The position numbers were made by a program, and so were the translations under genes. Under the pieces are notes generated by a model. The model saw only the letters and a program-made list of their open reading frames with translations, made no database searches and had not been told where the DNA came from. From a virus, in IMG/VR virus record IMGVR_UViG_3300021138_002011, positions 32,001 to 96,000 of that record: 64,000 nucleotides of DNA; one strand, written 5' to 3'. Shown here piece after piece: positions 46,090 through 54,819 of this stretch (position 1 is its first letter; the number at the start of each line of letters is the position of its first letter).

Positions 46090-46562
46090 GCATCTATCAG
46101 CTCTTTTACTTCACTGTCACTTACACCGCTGGCCTTTACAAACGCCGCCCAACTTTTAGAATCGTATAGTGATTTAAGTATTTGTAGCTCGTCGTCATTT
46201 AAGCTAGGAAACTTGTCTAACAGCCACTGATCTATTTTGCTGCTTTTTTTTGAGTTTTTTGCAGATAACCAAGGACGAAATTGTTTACTACCTACGCCAG
46301 TTAAGCATAGTAACTGATGCTGTAGCTCTGGATGTTTACTAAGATTCCAAAATCCAATATTAACCAAGTCGTTTGCAGCCATTACTGCATATGCAGCATT
46401 TGGATTTTGCATATTAAGCGAACTCATATACCGCATTAAGACCAACGGAGTGTAGCCTTTTTTCTCGTCGTCTGTTAATTTGTTGTAATAGCCAAGATCG
46501 CCTCGATCAAGTGCGCTTAACACGTCGCCAAGATCTAATTTATGTTGCTTTGCTGCGGCCAT
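46068..46562 (-). CDS. Probable clamp-loader small subunit (gp62-like)
   Basis: YTPLVLMRYMS..ANDLVN..HPELQ..KQFRPWL resembles the gp62 family pattern; similarity is weak. Confidence 0.5.
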   Translation of the reverse strand: MAAAKQHKLDLGDVLSALDRGDLGYYNKLTDDEKKGYTPLVLMRYMSSLNMQNPNAAYAVMAANDLVNIGFWNLSKHPELQHQLLCLTGVGSKQFRPWLSAKNSKKSSKIDQWLLDKFPSLNDDELQILKSLYDSKSWAAFVKASGVSDSEVKELIDAWKKQAA

Positions 46563-46734
46563 TTAACATACCTCTCAATGTAGTTTTTATTGTTACTGAA
46601 TATATATGGTAACGCAAGTCTTGAAATAAATTGTAGTAGGTTTTATCAAAACATCATAAATACTTCCATCTAGCATTATGCGGTCGTCCGTCCGCGTAGC
46701 CCTAGAACGGCAGCAAATTTTAAGGAGAAACAAA

Positions 46735-47829
46735 ATGGGACGCCCGATTAATAACAGATACATTGGCAATACCAGTGGATCTGGCCAAACAATTCAAGCT
46801 ACAGCATATTTCACAGGTCTAGGCGGAACTGCAAACGCTTGGATATCTTCGCAAAAAGCAACAAATACCTATAACATGGTTTCCGCAACTGGGTTGTATG
46901 CCGATCGTGTTGAATTAACAAACGGCGGAGTAGCATTACAGCCCGGGCAGGCCAACATCACTGTACAACCATACGGTTATACAGGCAGTGGTGCAACTGC
47001 AATTGCCAATTTAGGAGTAACCGGTTATACAGTTACATCGGGCGGTACAGGAACATCTGCTGCTGGTTATATTCCAGGACAAATTCTCAGTGTAAACAGC
47101 GGAACATACAACACCAACCAGCGTGCAAATGCAGCGGTAACTAGTGTTACGTTGGGCGCAGTTGGTAACATTACCACAAATACCGGTTATACAGTCGGGG
47201 ATACATTTACATGGAATTATGCAGGGTGGTTGACACCTACTGTAGTTACAGTTGCAACAACAAGCGGCAACGGTAATATCAGTGGTGTAACAATTACATC
47301 CGCAGGTACAACAACCAATATCAGTATCAGCAACACCACAGTATACAGCAGTGCAACTACAGCTAATGCATGGGCAAACACTGCCAACTTTAATCTACGT
47401 TGGGACGTATCCGGCTTAGCCGTGTACAATCAAGGCGATTACACAACACCACCAACTAATCCAATAGCATTTACTCCTGCTAGTGGTCATGGTACAGGCG
47501 CTGCTGCAACAGCTAGTTATGGCATATCTTCCACACGTATTACCAATGGCGGGTCTGGGTATCAAGCTGTAAATGCAACAGTAAGTGGTGCTGCTGGCGC
47601 AATTGTTGCTACTACTGTAACAAGCGGTAGTGTAACCGCACTGTCTGTTATTGCTCCCGGAACTTTCGGACCAACACGTCCTACTATTGGCATTACTCCA
47701 ATTGCAAGTCTCGAATACGCCGAAGTTATTAGAAACTTAACAGTTACAACATGGTCATATAACACATATGAGTGGGTTCCAACTGGTACAGTTCCGCAAC
47801 CAGGTCAAGCTGTACTACAGACAGCTTAA
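46735..47829 (+). CDS. Virion structural protein (G/T/S-rich beta repeats)
   Basis: ATG at 46735 after AAGGAG; MGRPINNRY; ITNGGSGY-type repeats. Confidence 0.7.
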   Translation: MGRPINNRYIGNTSGSGQTIQATAYFTGLGGTANAWISSQKATNTYNMVSATGLYADRVELTNGGVALQPGQANITVQPYGYTGSGATAIANLGVTGYTVTSGGTGTSAAGYIPGQILSVNSGTYNTNQRANAAVTSVTLGAVGNITTNTGYTVGDTFTWNYAGWLTPTVVTVATTSGNGNISGVTITSAGTTTNISISNTTVYSSATTANAWANTANFNLRWDVSGLAVYNQGDYTTPPTNPIAFTPASGHGTGAAATASYGISSTRITNGGSGYQAVNATVSGAAGAIVATTVTSGSVTALSVIAPGTFGPTRPTIGITPIASLEYAEVIRNLTVTTWSYNTYEWVPTGTVPQPGQAVLQTA

Positions 47830-47855
47830 TAACTGCCCTGCAAAAGCAGGCAGAC

Positions 47856-47907
47856 TCAGCGAAACCCCGGTGATTAGCCAGAGCGAAATCACCGGGGTTT
47901 CTGCTGA
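47856..47907. terminator. Bidirectional terminator hairpin between convergent genes
   Basis: GAAACCCCGGTGATT/AATCACCGGGGTTTC, 15-bp perfect stem. Confidence 0.75.
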
Positions 47908-48408
47908 CTAAAACATTTTACGTATATCGAGGTTGTCTGGAATTTTTCCAATATCCTTTACGAAAAAAGCACACAACGGGTTCTCGCCGTCTGAAAGTGG
48001 TACCGCAAGAAGGTGACCATTTTTAAGTTTTGGAAAATACCATTTCACATCTGGCCAGGTATTGATTATTTCAAGGCGTAGAAAACTTGGCATATAACCT
48101 TTAATAGGATTAAAGCAGAAAACATCAAAATCTTTGTCCATTAGGTATACCAACGGCATAACTTCAAGGTCACCCAAGTGCATATCACCAATTATTACAC
48201 TCCAATCTAGCGGCATCTGCACATTGTATTGGCCAATTCGAATGTCAATGCACGGGCTATTAAAGCTTTCAAGGAAAATCAACGGTAAAAAATAATAATC
48301 AACATCGGCCTGGTTTGAGTAATCTAAAATGCAATAGCGTAGATCTTCAACACGATCTGGTATTTGATTAATTGCATAAGATCTGTTGTCATGGGTTAGA
48401 ATTCTAAT
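47908..48408 (-). CDS. Hypothetical protein, probably starting at a non-canonical ATT codon
   Basis: The frame stays open 42 codons above the TTG given in the track; AGGAGA-6 nt-ATT at 48408. Confidence 0.6.
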   Translation of the reverse strand: MRILTHDNRSYAINQIPDRVEDLRYCILDYSNQADVDYYFLPLIFLESFNSPCIDIRIGQYNVQMPLDWSVIIGDMHLGDLEVMPLVYLMDKDFDVFCFNPIKGYMPSFLRLEIINTWPDVKWYFPKLKNGHLLAVPLSDGENPLCAFFVKDIGKIPDNLDIRKMF

Positions 48409-48488
48409 CGTACTTCTCCTGCCGTGTAATTGACAGGTATTTACTTGGTATTCTTAACTATTGTTTAAAAAGATCAATAAGATATATT

Positions 48489-48527
48489 AAGGCAAACTAG
48501 ATAGCAGGCCAGCATCTAGTTTGCCTT
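48489..48527. terminator. Hairpin downstream of the uvsW C-fragment
   Basis: AAGGCAAACTAGAT/ATCTAGTTTGCCTT, 14-bp stem. Confidence 0.55.
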
Positions 48528-48550
48528 GCAATATGCGTGAAATTTTGCTA

Positions 48551-49390
48551 CTAATAAGTTGTTTTCTCAACTGAATAGCTGTATTGCACATCGGCATAGA
48601 ATTTTTTACGTTTTAACAAATGCCTGTTAGAAAACTTACATTTGCTAGAAATATCGTAGATTTCTACTGAGTCTTTGTCATCTGCTTTACGTAGGCCACG
48701 ACCTATGCTTTGTATTACTCTGACAAAACTTTTTCCAGGTTCTACTAGAACAAGATTAAAGATTCTGTTAATTGATATTCCGGTAGATGTTGTTCCGTAT
48801 GTTGCGATCATTATTGCGTTTTCAGCTAAATTAATTTCTTTATAATGCTCTTTACGCTTGGTGCTTTTCATTTGTCCGCTAATGAACGTGGACCCCGGCA
48901 TCAGCTCATGCAATAATTCGCCCGTTTCTATCCTGTCAATCAGCACCAATGTATTACCGGTTTTGGCAATTTCCTGGATCTTTTCGGCTAACCATTGTAT
49001 TCGGGTCCTATTGGTAACCAAAAACTTCAATTCTTCCTGATAGTTGTTGTATACAACAGACTCCTGGGTATGCAAGATGTTGACATGGCACTGGGCTAAA
49101 TGGCCTTCATCCTGTAGCTCCTTGGCGGTGAGCCGGCCAATTATTGGCCCAATTGCGCTATAAAGACTTGCTTGATTGTATTCTTCTTCCGGTATCGTAC
49201 CGGTTAATCCCCATCGAATAGGTATGTTGGCAAACGTAGTTGTAAGCAAACCATGCAAGACGTTCATGTTTTTCACACTATGACAGTTAGACACTACGGC
49301 CCGTTCTACTATATAATTGTGATCATCCTGTACATGTAGGTTGTAAACTTGATCAGGTTTACTGATTTCTCGGCGACTTAGCAGTTTCAT
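48551..49390 (-). CDS. uvsW: UvsW helicase C-terminal fragment with IntC (35 aa, 49286-49390)
   Basis: VYNLHVQDDHNYIVERAVVSN|CH..WGLTGT..STGISI..QSIGRGLR. Confidence 0.9.
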   Translation of the reverse strand: MKLLSRREISKPDQVYNLHVQDDHNYIVERAVVSNCHSVKNMNVLHGLLTTTFANIPIRWGLTGTIPEEEYNQASLYSAIGPIIGRLTAKELQDEGHLAQCHVNILHTQESVVYNNYQEELKFLVTNRTRIQWLAEKIQEIAKTGNTLVLIDRIETGELLHELMPGSTFISGQMKSTKRKEHYKEINLAENAIMIATYGTTSTGISINRIFNLVLVEPGKSFVRVIQSIGRGLRKADDKDSVEIYDISSKCKFSNRHLLKRKKFYADVQYSYSVEKTTY

Positions 49391-49648
49391 ATAGGTATCC
49401 TATCTTTCTTGCAGTTTCAGAATCAAATCTAGCTAGATCTGGCAATGGTACATTAGACGTTAGCCATTGTTGATCAATTAGCAATATTTTATAATCGTGT
49501 TGTTTTGCCCAGTCTTTAAGGACAGTATATTTTGCTTCCCATTTAGTGCCATTAAACAAGTTATAAGGTTTGACCTCAACTACAAGTTTATCAACATGAT
49601 CAATAAAATCAACGATGTACACATAATTATATTTTCATACGTTGCCAT
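49359..49648 (-). pseudogene. Internally deleted TnsA-like endonuclease remnant
   Basis: YIVDF..VVEVKP..K..WAK; the apparent original start (MATYENII, with RBS and TAAATA) is out of frame with the remaining C-terminal part. Confidence 0.65.
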
Positions 49649-49684
49649 AAAATACCTATATGTCTTTGACTGTATGTATTTATG

Positions 49685-50695
49685 TTAATAGTTGATAATG
49701 TCGTGATCAACAGTTATTTCATCAGCTCGGCACCACCCGATGGTGGTTAAAAACTTATGATTACCAGTAACCTGTATTTTTGAATGATTATCAAATTCTA
49801 ATTCATACATCTTTTCATTTGTTGAATCGGTTAGATTGCAATGTTGTTTTATTACAGTGTCAACTTTGAATTGTTGTAACTTCTCAGAATAGTTGATAAC
49901 CTGTTGCCCAGACGATATATCCTTTATTGGAATATATCCGGTAGGTGTTAAAACACGCATATCACCATTAAAACATTCATCGCATACCACTGCCACTAGA
50001 TTATCCAGGAACACGGTTAGTTGTTCATCGTCCAGCGCATCCTTATTCTTTTTATCAAGTACGTTAAGGCTTTGCCATGTACATATGGTATGTGTCCTAT
50101 CATATTCCTTACGATCTCCATAAAGCACTCCAACGTCTAGACCCACATTCCTGTAATCCTCTTCTGTTTGCAACACAAGGTTCTTATTTGGAACGATAAC
50201 TATGGTACGGCCATATTTTTCAGCCAGCTTTGATAAGCTGGCAGTGATGATCGTTTTTCCTGCCGATGTAGGAGCCACAGACACGCCCTGCAGGTTGTTG
50301 ATACATTCGTTGATTGCCTGCGCTTGATAATCCCGTAGCTGTATGGGTTGTCCGGCTGCCCTATGATCCGCCGGCCATACTATGTGGCTTAGGAAATTTT
50401 CATCAATTTCGTCAAACTCGAATGTATGATTAGCCCTTAGATCAGTTATGTCAAACTCGTATCCTGCGGCTACCAGCACAGGTAATATCTTATCAAGAAG
50501 ATTCAGATAGGTTCGACCACCTAGCGTACAAAAGCTTGTTGTACCATCCCACCTACCCAGTTTGTATGCAGGACTATATCTAGCATGCGGTAAAAAATAT
50601 TTTACCGCATTAACACATGCCCGACGTGTTACCAGGTCCAGACCTTCTATCTTAACGGTAACTTCCGATTCTATTATTATTTCAGCCATTTTCAT
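49685..50695 (-). CDS. uvsW: UvsW helicase N-terminal fragment ending in IntN (96 aa, from 49975)
   Basis: LRDYQ, APTSAGKT, TWQSL and VVCDE|CFNGDMRVLTPTG..VTGNHKFLT. Confidence 0.92.
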   Translation of the reverse strand: MKMAEIIIESEVTVKIEGLDLVTRRACVNAVKYFLPHARYSPAYKLGRWDGTTSFCTLGGRTYLNLLDKILPVLVAAGYEFDITDLRANHTFEFDEIDENFLSHIVWPADHRAAGQPIQLRDYQAQAINECINNLQGVSVAPTSAGKTIITASLSKLAEKYGRTIVIVPNKNLVLQTEEDYRNVGLDVGVLYGDRKEYDRTHTICTWQSLNVLDKKNKDALDDEQLTVFLDNLVAVVCDECFNGDMRVLTPTGYIPIKDISSGQQVINYSEKLQQFKVDTVIKQHCNLTDSTNEKMYELEFDNHSKIQVTGNHKFLTTIGWCRADEITVDHDIINY

Positions 50696-50808
50696 TTCGT
50701 CGGGTTCCTTTTTTCATTCGCGGATATAATAATTATCTCAGCAGTTTTGATCATGATTATCCATTTATTTAATATCTTCTATACCCGCCACATTTGATAT
50801 GATAAATA

Positions 50809-51660
50809 GTGTTGAAGCATTGGAGGATTAATATTTCTAATTATATAGTATATGAGTTGTGGAATCCAATAAAGGACTTACCATTTTATGTTGGATATAG
50901 TTCAAAAGATACTCGCCCATATCATCACATAGCAGAAGCGTTACAAGATAAATCAGAATGTGAGATAGGAGCCAATCCTCATAAAATTTTTACTATACGT
51001 CAAATACACAAAAGCAACCTTGCGATAGGTATAAAAATTGTATTGATAACCGATAATAAACATGACGCAATTTCAGAGGAAATCAGATTAATCAAATATT
51101 ATGGTCGAAAAGATGTCGGGACCGGTATTTTGACAAATATGACAGATGGTGGAGATGGAGCAGGTACAAGAATTATTTCTGAAAAAGAAAGAGATAGTCG
51201 TAGATCACGTCTCAAAAATAAATCTTTTGAAGAAATCTTTGGTCAAGAACGTGCTGACGAAATAAAAAAGAAAATTTCTAATAGTAGACAAGGTGTTAAA
51301 ACTGGTAAACCGGCATGGAATACTGGAAAAACCAAAGATAATGACGAAACAGTGATGAAAATGAGTAGTAGTAAAAAGGGGTCGGTACCCTATAATAAAG
51401 GCAAGAAAATGACTGATTTAATCCCGGACTACATCAATCATTTTACTGGCAAAACACACAGCGACGAATCTAAACAAAAGGTGAGCATGGCAAATAAAGG
51501 TAAATGTTCAGGAGAAAAGAATCCCATGTTTGGTAAAAGTGCTGTTAAAGGTAGGAAGTGGTATCACGATGGTGCTACTCAATTTTACCTTTTTAACGAT
51601 GACCCTAAAATTGTTAATTTGAACCTACATCTGGGCAGGCTCAAAAATAAAATCAGTTAA
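50809..51660 (+). CDS. GIY-YIG-like homing endonuclease with NUMOD3-type repeats
   Basis: YIVYEL..FYVGY..R..H, EIRLIKYYGR, LTNMTDGGDG, AWNTGK, GKTHSDESKQKVS and NPMFGK. Confidence 0.85.
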   Translation: MLKHWRINISNYIVYELWNPIKDLPFYVGYSSKDTRPYHHIAEALQDKSECEIGANPHKIFTIRQIHKSNLAIGIKIVLITDNKHDAISEEIRLIKYYGRKDVGTGILTNMTDGGDGAGTRIISEKERDSRRSRLKNKSFEEIFGQERADEIKKKISNSRQGVKTGKPAWNTGKTKDNDETVMKMSSSKKGSVPYNKGKKMTDLIPDYINHFTGKTHSDESKQKVSMANKGKCSGEKNPMFGKSAVKGRKWYHDGATQFYLFNDDPKIVNLNLHLGRLKNKIS

Positions 51661-52126
51661 TTCTGGTATTATTTTCAAGGGTTACTGATTCTAATCCGAC
51701 TACCCGCAATTTAACGATATGGCCAATTTGCCATGCCTTTATATCCAGCCCTTTCATAACGGCTAGATATTTGTTACGTATCAATCCCACTTCGTTTACG
51801 ATCATGCACATGTTGACGATATCGTCTTCGCCATCTATGTATTTTTCAATGCTGCGATCCGTGAGCTCGCGTTGATATCTTTCCAGGTATTTCCTGTAAT
51901 GATCGCTGCGCATCTTGTCATATTTAATATTTAGATGTTTAAGGATGGCTTCGATTTCCTGCAATTGGCCAAATCTATGTGATGTTATTCCTGACAGTTC
52001 TTGTGAATTTTTTTCAAGATTACCAATGATTTTGGTCTCATTTTGTGAAAGCTCAAGCTCGTTGTTGTAGTAATCTATTGCAGATGGTATTTCAGCAAGA
52101 TTCTCCACTATCCGATTGTACCACAT
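51653..52126 (-). CDS. uvsY: Recombination mediator UvsY
   Basis: Lies between uvsX and uvsW; YLERYQRELTDRSIEKYIDGE..KGLDIKAWQIGHIVKLR. Confidence 0.75.
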   Translation of the reverse strand: MWYNRIVENLAEIPSAIDYYNNELELSQNETKIIGNLEKNSQELSGITSHRFGQLQEIEAILKHLNIKYDKMRSDHYRKYLERYQRELTDRSIEKYIDGEDDIVNMCMIVNEVGLIRNKYLAVMKGLDIKAWQIGHIVKLRVVGLESVTLENNTRIN

Positions 52127-52203
52127 TTTCCCTCTTTTTTGTTATTTCTGCCCGTTTGCACAAATCGTGTCAACCGGGCAGAAATCTTATTATGCACGTT
52201 CTT

Positions 52204-52464
52204 TTATTCTTCTTCGTATTCGGCTTCGTCCTCATAACCATCGTCCAAGCTGCTTGCAAGCTCGTCCAATGCATAGTCGATGTGCTCGTCTTCCTCACGA
52301 AGATCCTCAAGCTCTTCCAGCTCAATATCTTGGTCTGTAAAAATCCGTAGATACTTTACCGCTGCATCATTCTTTTTTCCCGGGGGAATGTAATCTGTGA
52401 ATAGTTCCCAGATTTCTAAAAGGGTACGATCAGAAATTTCCATTTTACTCTCCTGTTGGTTCAT
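52204..52464 (-). CDS. Small acidic hypothetical protein
   Basis: D/E-rich C-terminal half. Confidence 0.7.
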   Translation of the reverse strand: MNQQESKMEISDRTLLEIWELFTDYIPPGKKNDAAVKYLRIFTDQDIELEELEDLREEDEHIDYALDELASSLDDGYEDEAEYEEE

Positions 52465-53521
52465 CCGTGTCGTCAGGTGCTTCTTCCTGTACGGGTGATA
52501 GTTTTGTTTCGTCCCATTCCTCCATAATCAAATCAAGAAGACTATCAGGAATGGAATTCTTGAAATACTTATGTTCTTTGCCGGATCTGTCAACATATTT
52601 TAGCTTTGTGCTGTCCTTTACAAGCGCGCCCTTCTTTTCAAACAAGTTAATTAGCCCACTGTAAGGGTCCATTCCTGAATCCCAGGGTATCTTGATCTCA
52701 ACATTTTCAAAGGGCTTATTATACCTGGTCTTCATGATCTTGCAAGCAGCACGAATACCACGAACGTCGGTTACTTTCTTTCCGTCTTCGTCTTCCTTGA
52801 GCTTGCGCTTCTGCATGGCAACCACGATCGATGATGCATAAATGAAACCCTGACCTCCAGAAATCTTATCGTCAGGATCAAACATGTCTTGGCTTGCGTA
52901 GCTATGATTGGTCACCACCATGCCCACATCATACTCACCAAACATGTTCACGCAATTTCGAACCAGAGCTGCAAGGGCCTTTGGCTTGCGGCCCATATCA
53001 CCTTTTAGGTCGCCAGATTGGAACTGATTAACGTCTGTTGGTGTAAGCAACATTCCCAAGCTATCAAGCACAAACAGTACCTTTGGGCGATCTTTTTCGT
53101 CGACATTGTCAAATCTTGTCTTATAGTCCTTCATGAAATCGCTCATTAGACGTGCAACGTCGTCAATCATTGCCATGTTGACCTTGAGCAGCTTGTCGTC
53201 GCTTGTGTCCACTCCTAGAGGTTTTAGCCAATTCTCGTCTAGTGCGTTTTCCGTGTCGATCAATACGACAAATATACCCTGCTTTTGTGCATTTCGTACC
53301 AGGTTACCAGAACAAATGTAGCTCTTGCCACTGCCACTTTGTCCTGCAAACATGGTAACCTTACCTAGAGGAATTCCTCTGAGGAAATTACCCGAGATGC
53401 CATAATTTAATGCATAATTTCCCGAATCAATCCAATGTTTTGGATCATGGAAACCTAACGAAATACCGGGAATGCTTTTCGTTAAATCCTTTCTAAACTT
53501 ACTGATGTCAAATGGCCGCAT
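52445..53521 (-). CDS. uvsX: RecA-like recombinase UvsX
   Basis: AGQSGSGKS, IDTENA, VLDSLG, TNHSY and SGG. Confidence 0.93.
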   Translation of the reverse strand: MRPFDISKFRKDLTKSIPGISLGFHDPKHWIDSGNYALNYGISGNFLRGIPLGKVTMFAGQSGSGKSYICSGNLVRNAQKQGIFVVLIDTENALDENWLKPLGVDTSDDKLLKVNMAMIDDVARLMSDFMKDYKTRFDNVDEKDRPKVLFVLDSLGMLLTPTDVNQFQSGDLKGDMGRKPKALAALVRNCVNMFGEYDVGMVVTNHSYASQDMFDPDDKISGGQGFIYASSIVVAMQKRKLKEDEDGKKVTDVRGIRAACKIMKTRYNKPFENVEIKIPWDSGMDPYSGLINLFEKKGALVKDSTKLKYVDRSGKEHKYFKNSIPDSLLDLIMEEWDETKLSPVQEEAPDDTDEPTGE

Positions 53522-53570
53522 GTTCTTATACTCCTGTCAATACAATGCTGTTGGCAGATGGTATCTGCCT

Positions 53571-53610
53571 AAAAAGACTGGGGAGGATTTTGGTCCTCCC
53601 CCTGTTTTTT
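53571..53610. terminator. Terminator downstream of the SSB gene
   Basis: GGGGAGGA/TCCTCCCC stem flanked by A and T runs. Confidence 0.65.
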
Positions 53611-53616
53611 GTCTAA

Positions 53617-54672
53617 TTACTTTTGCTGCTGACGACGACGTATTGCAGCAATAATGTCATCAGGTGACTGCATCTTCGGCTTGTCCGCTGTTACGGTTGT
53701 GGCTGCCGGGGTAGCTGGCTCATCCCACGGTGGCGAAGTTTCTTCGCTAGCCGCAGGCTTTGATGGCAACCGATTAAGGATTGAGCTTGCAGTGACCTTT
53801 GGTGCTGCAACCGTTGTAACATTGGTTGTAGCATCGCTTGAGTCGTTCTCAGATCCATTGCTATCAAGACGCATACCGTTAGGACGATAAAACTGTCCCC
53901 ACTTGTCTACGTCATACAACTCTTCATTTACGCTTGCTGTAAAAAGCTCCATGATTGCATTGAGATGTGCATCGTCTGGCTTCTTAGGAAGGAAACTAGA
54001 AAGATTCCAAAGTCCATGCTGTGCAATCGCATTGCGCTCGTCGTCAGTTAACGGACGTTCTTTCATAGCCCACTTGCTGCTGGCATAGTTTGCATAGCCG
54101 CCTTTAGTAGTTTTGAGAAGGTAGAAATCGCGTCCGTGGTCATAATCAGTAGGACTATTTTCAAGATCCTGATCCATTAGGATTGACTTAATAACATCAA
54201 ACACAGATGGATTAATGATAAATCTACGGATTGGATTGGCGGGTTCTTGATCATCCTTGTTTGGATTCGAAGTGACAAAACCTTGGAATAGATAGCTCTT
54301 TTTCTTGTAGTATTTGCGAGCCATATCTTCCAAGCTTTTGTCTTTCCACCATGGGCGAATCTCGGCTGTAATTGGGCAAGAATTAGGCTTCCACATATCG
54401 GTACATGGAACTTGTACCTCAACAGGCTTACCTGTTACGTCGCCTTTAACACCAGGGAATGGAAGTTTAATAATAAGGCGTTCGAGCCAAAAGAAGTCGT
54501 TTGTTTCGTCGCCGTCTGGAAGGAAGCGCAACGTTGCACTTGAGCCTTCAGGATTGTTCCAGAATGGATAGATAGCGTTATCGCCGCCGAAGCCGCTGCC
54601 GTTCTTGGCGCGGTCTTTGTTAGCTTGCTGTGCTAGCAGCTTAGCTTGGATTTCTTTAAATGTTAATGCCAT
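53617..54672 (-). CDS. gp32: Single-stranded DNA-binding protein (gp32-like)
   Basis: ATLRFLPDG, PC..CPI, GRDFYL.K..GGYANY..SKW; adjacent to uvsX. Confidence 0.85.
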   Translation of the reverse strand: MALTFKEIQAKLLAQQANKDRAKNGSGFGGDNAIYPFWNNPEGSSATLRFLPDGDETNDFFWLERLIIKLPFPGVKGDVTGKPVEVQVPCTDMWKPNSCPITAEIRPWWKDKSLEDMARKYYKKKSYLFQGFVTSNPNKDDQEPANPIRRFIINPSVFDVIKSILMDQDLENSPTDYDHGRDFYLLKTTKGGYANYASSKWAMKERPLTDDERNAIAQHGLWNLSSFLPKKPDDAHLNAIMELFTASVNEELYDVDKWGQFYRPNGMRLDSNGSENDSSDATTNVTTVAAPKVTASSILNRLPSKPAASEETSPPWDEPATPAATTVTADKPKMQSPDDIIAAIRRRQQQK

Positions 54673-54750
54673 TGTGTGTGCCTCCTTTGTGTGCCTAATA
54701 ATGGTCTAAGACAATAGTAGATCATCGTTCTGTTCTACTACTGACAATAG

Positions 54751-54758
54751 TATTTATA
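54751..54758 (-). promoter_or_regulatory. TATAAATA late-type promoter upstream of gp32
   Basis: Exact octamer. Confidence 0.6.
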
Positions 54759-54788
54759 CTAATCGGCTTGTGCAAATTTAAAAATGGC

Positions 54789-54816
54789 AAAAAAATCCGG
54801 TCTGTTGACCGGATTT
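54789..54816 (-). terminator. Rho-independent terminator
   Basis: AAATCCGGTC/GACCGGATTT stem plus a T-run on the minus strand. Confidence 0.8.
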
Positions 54817-54819
54817 CTA

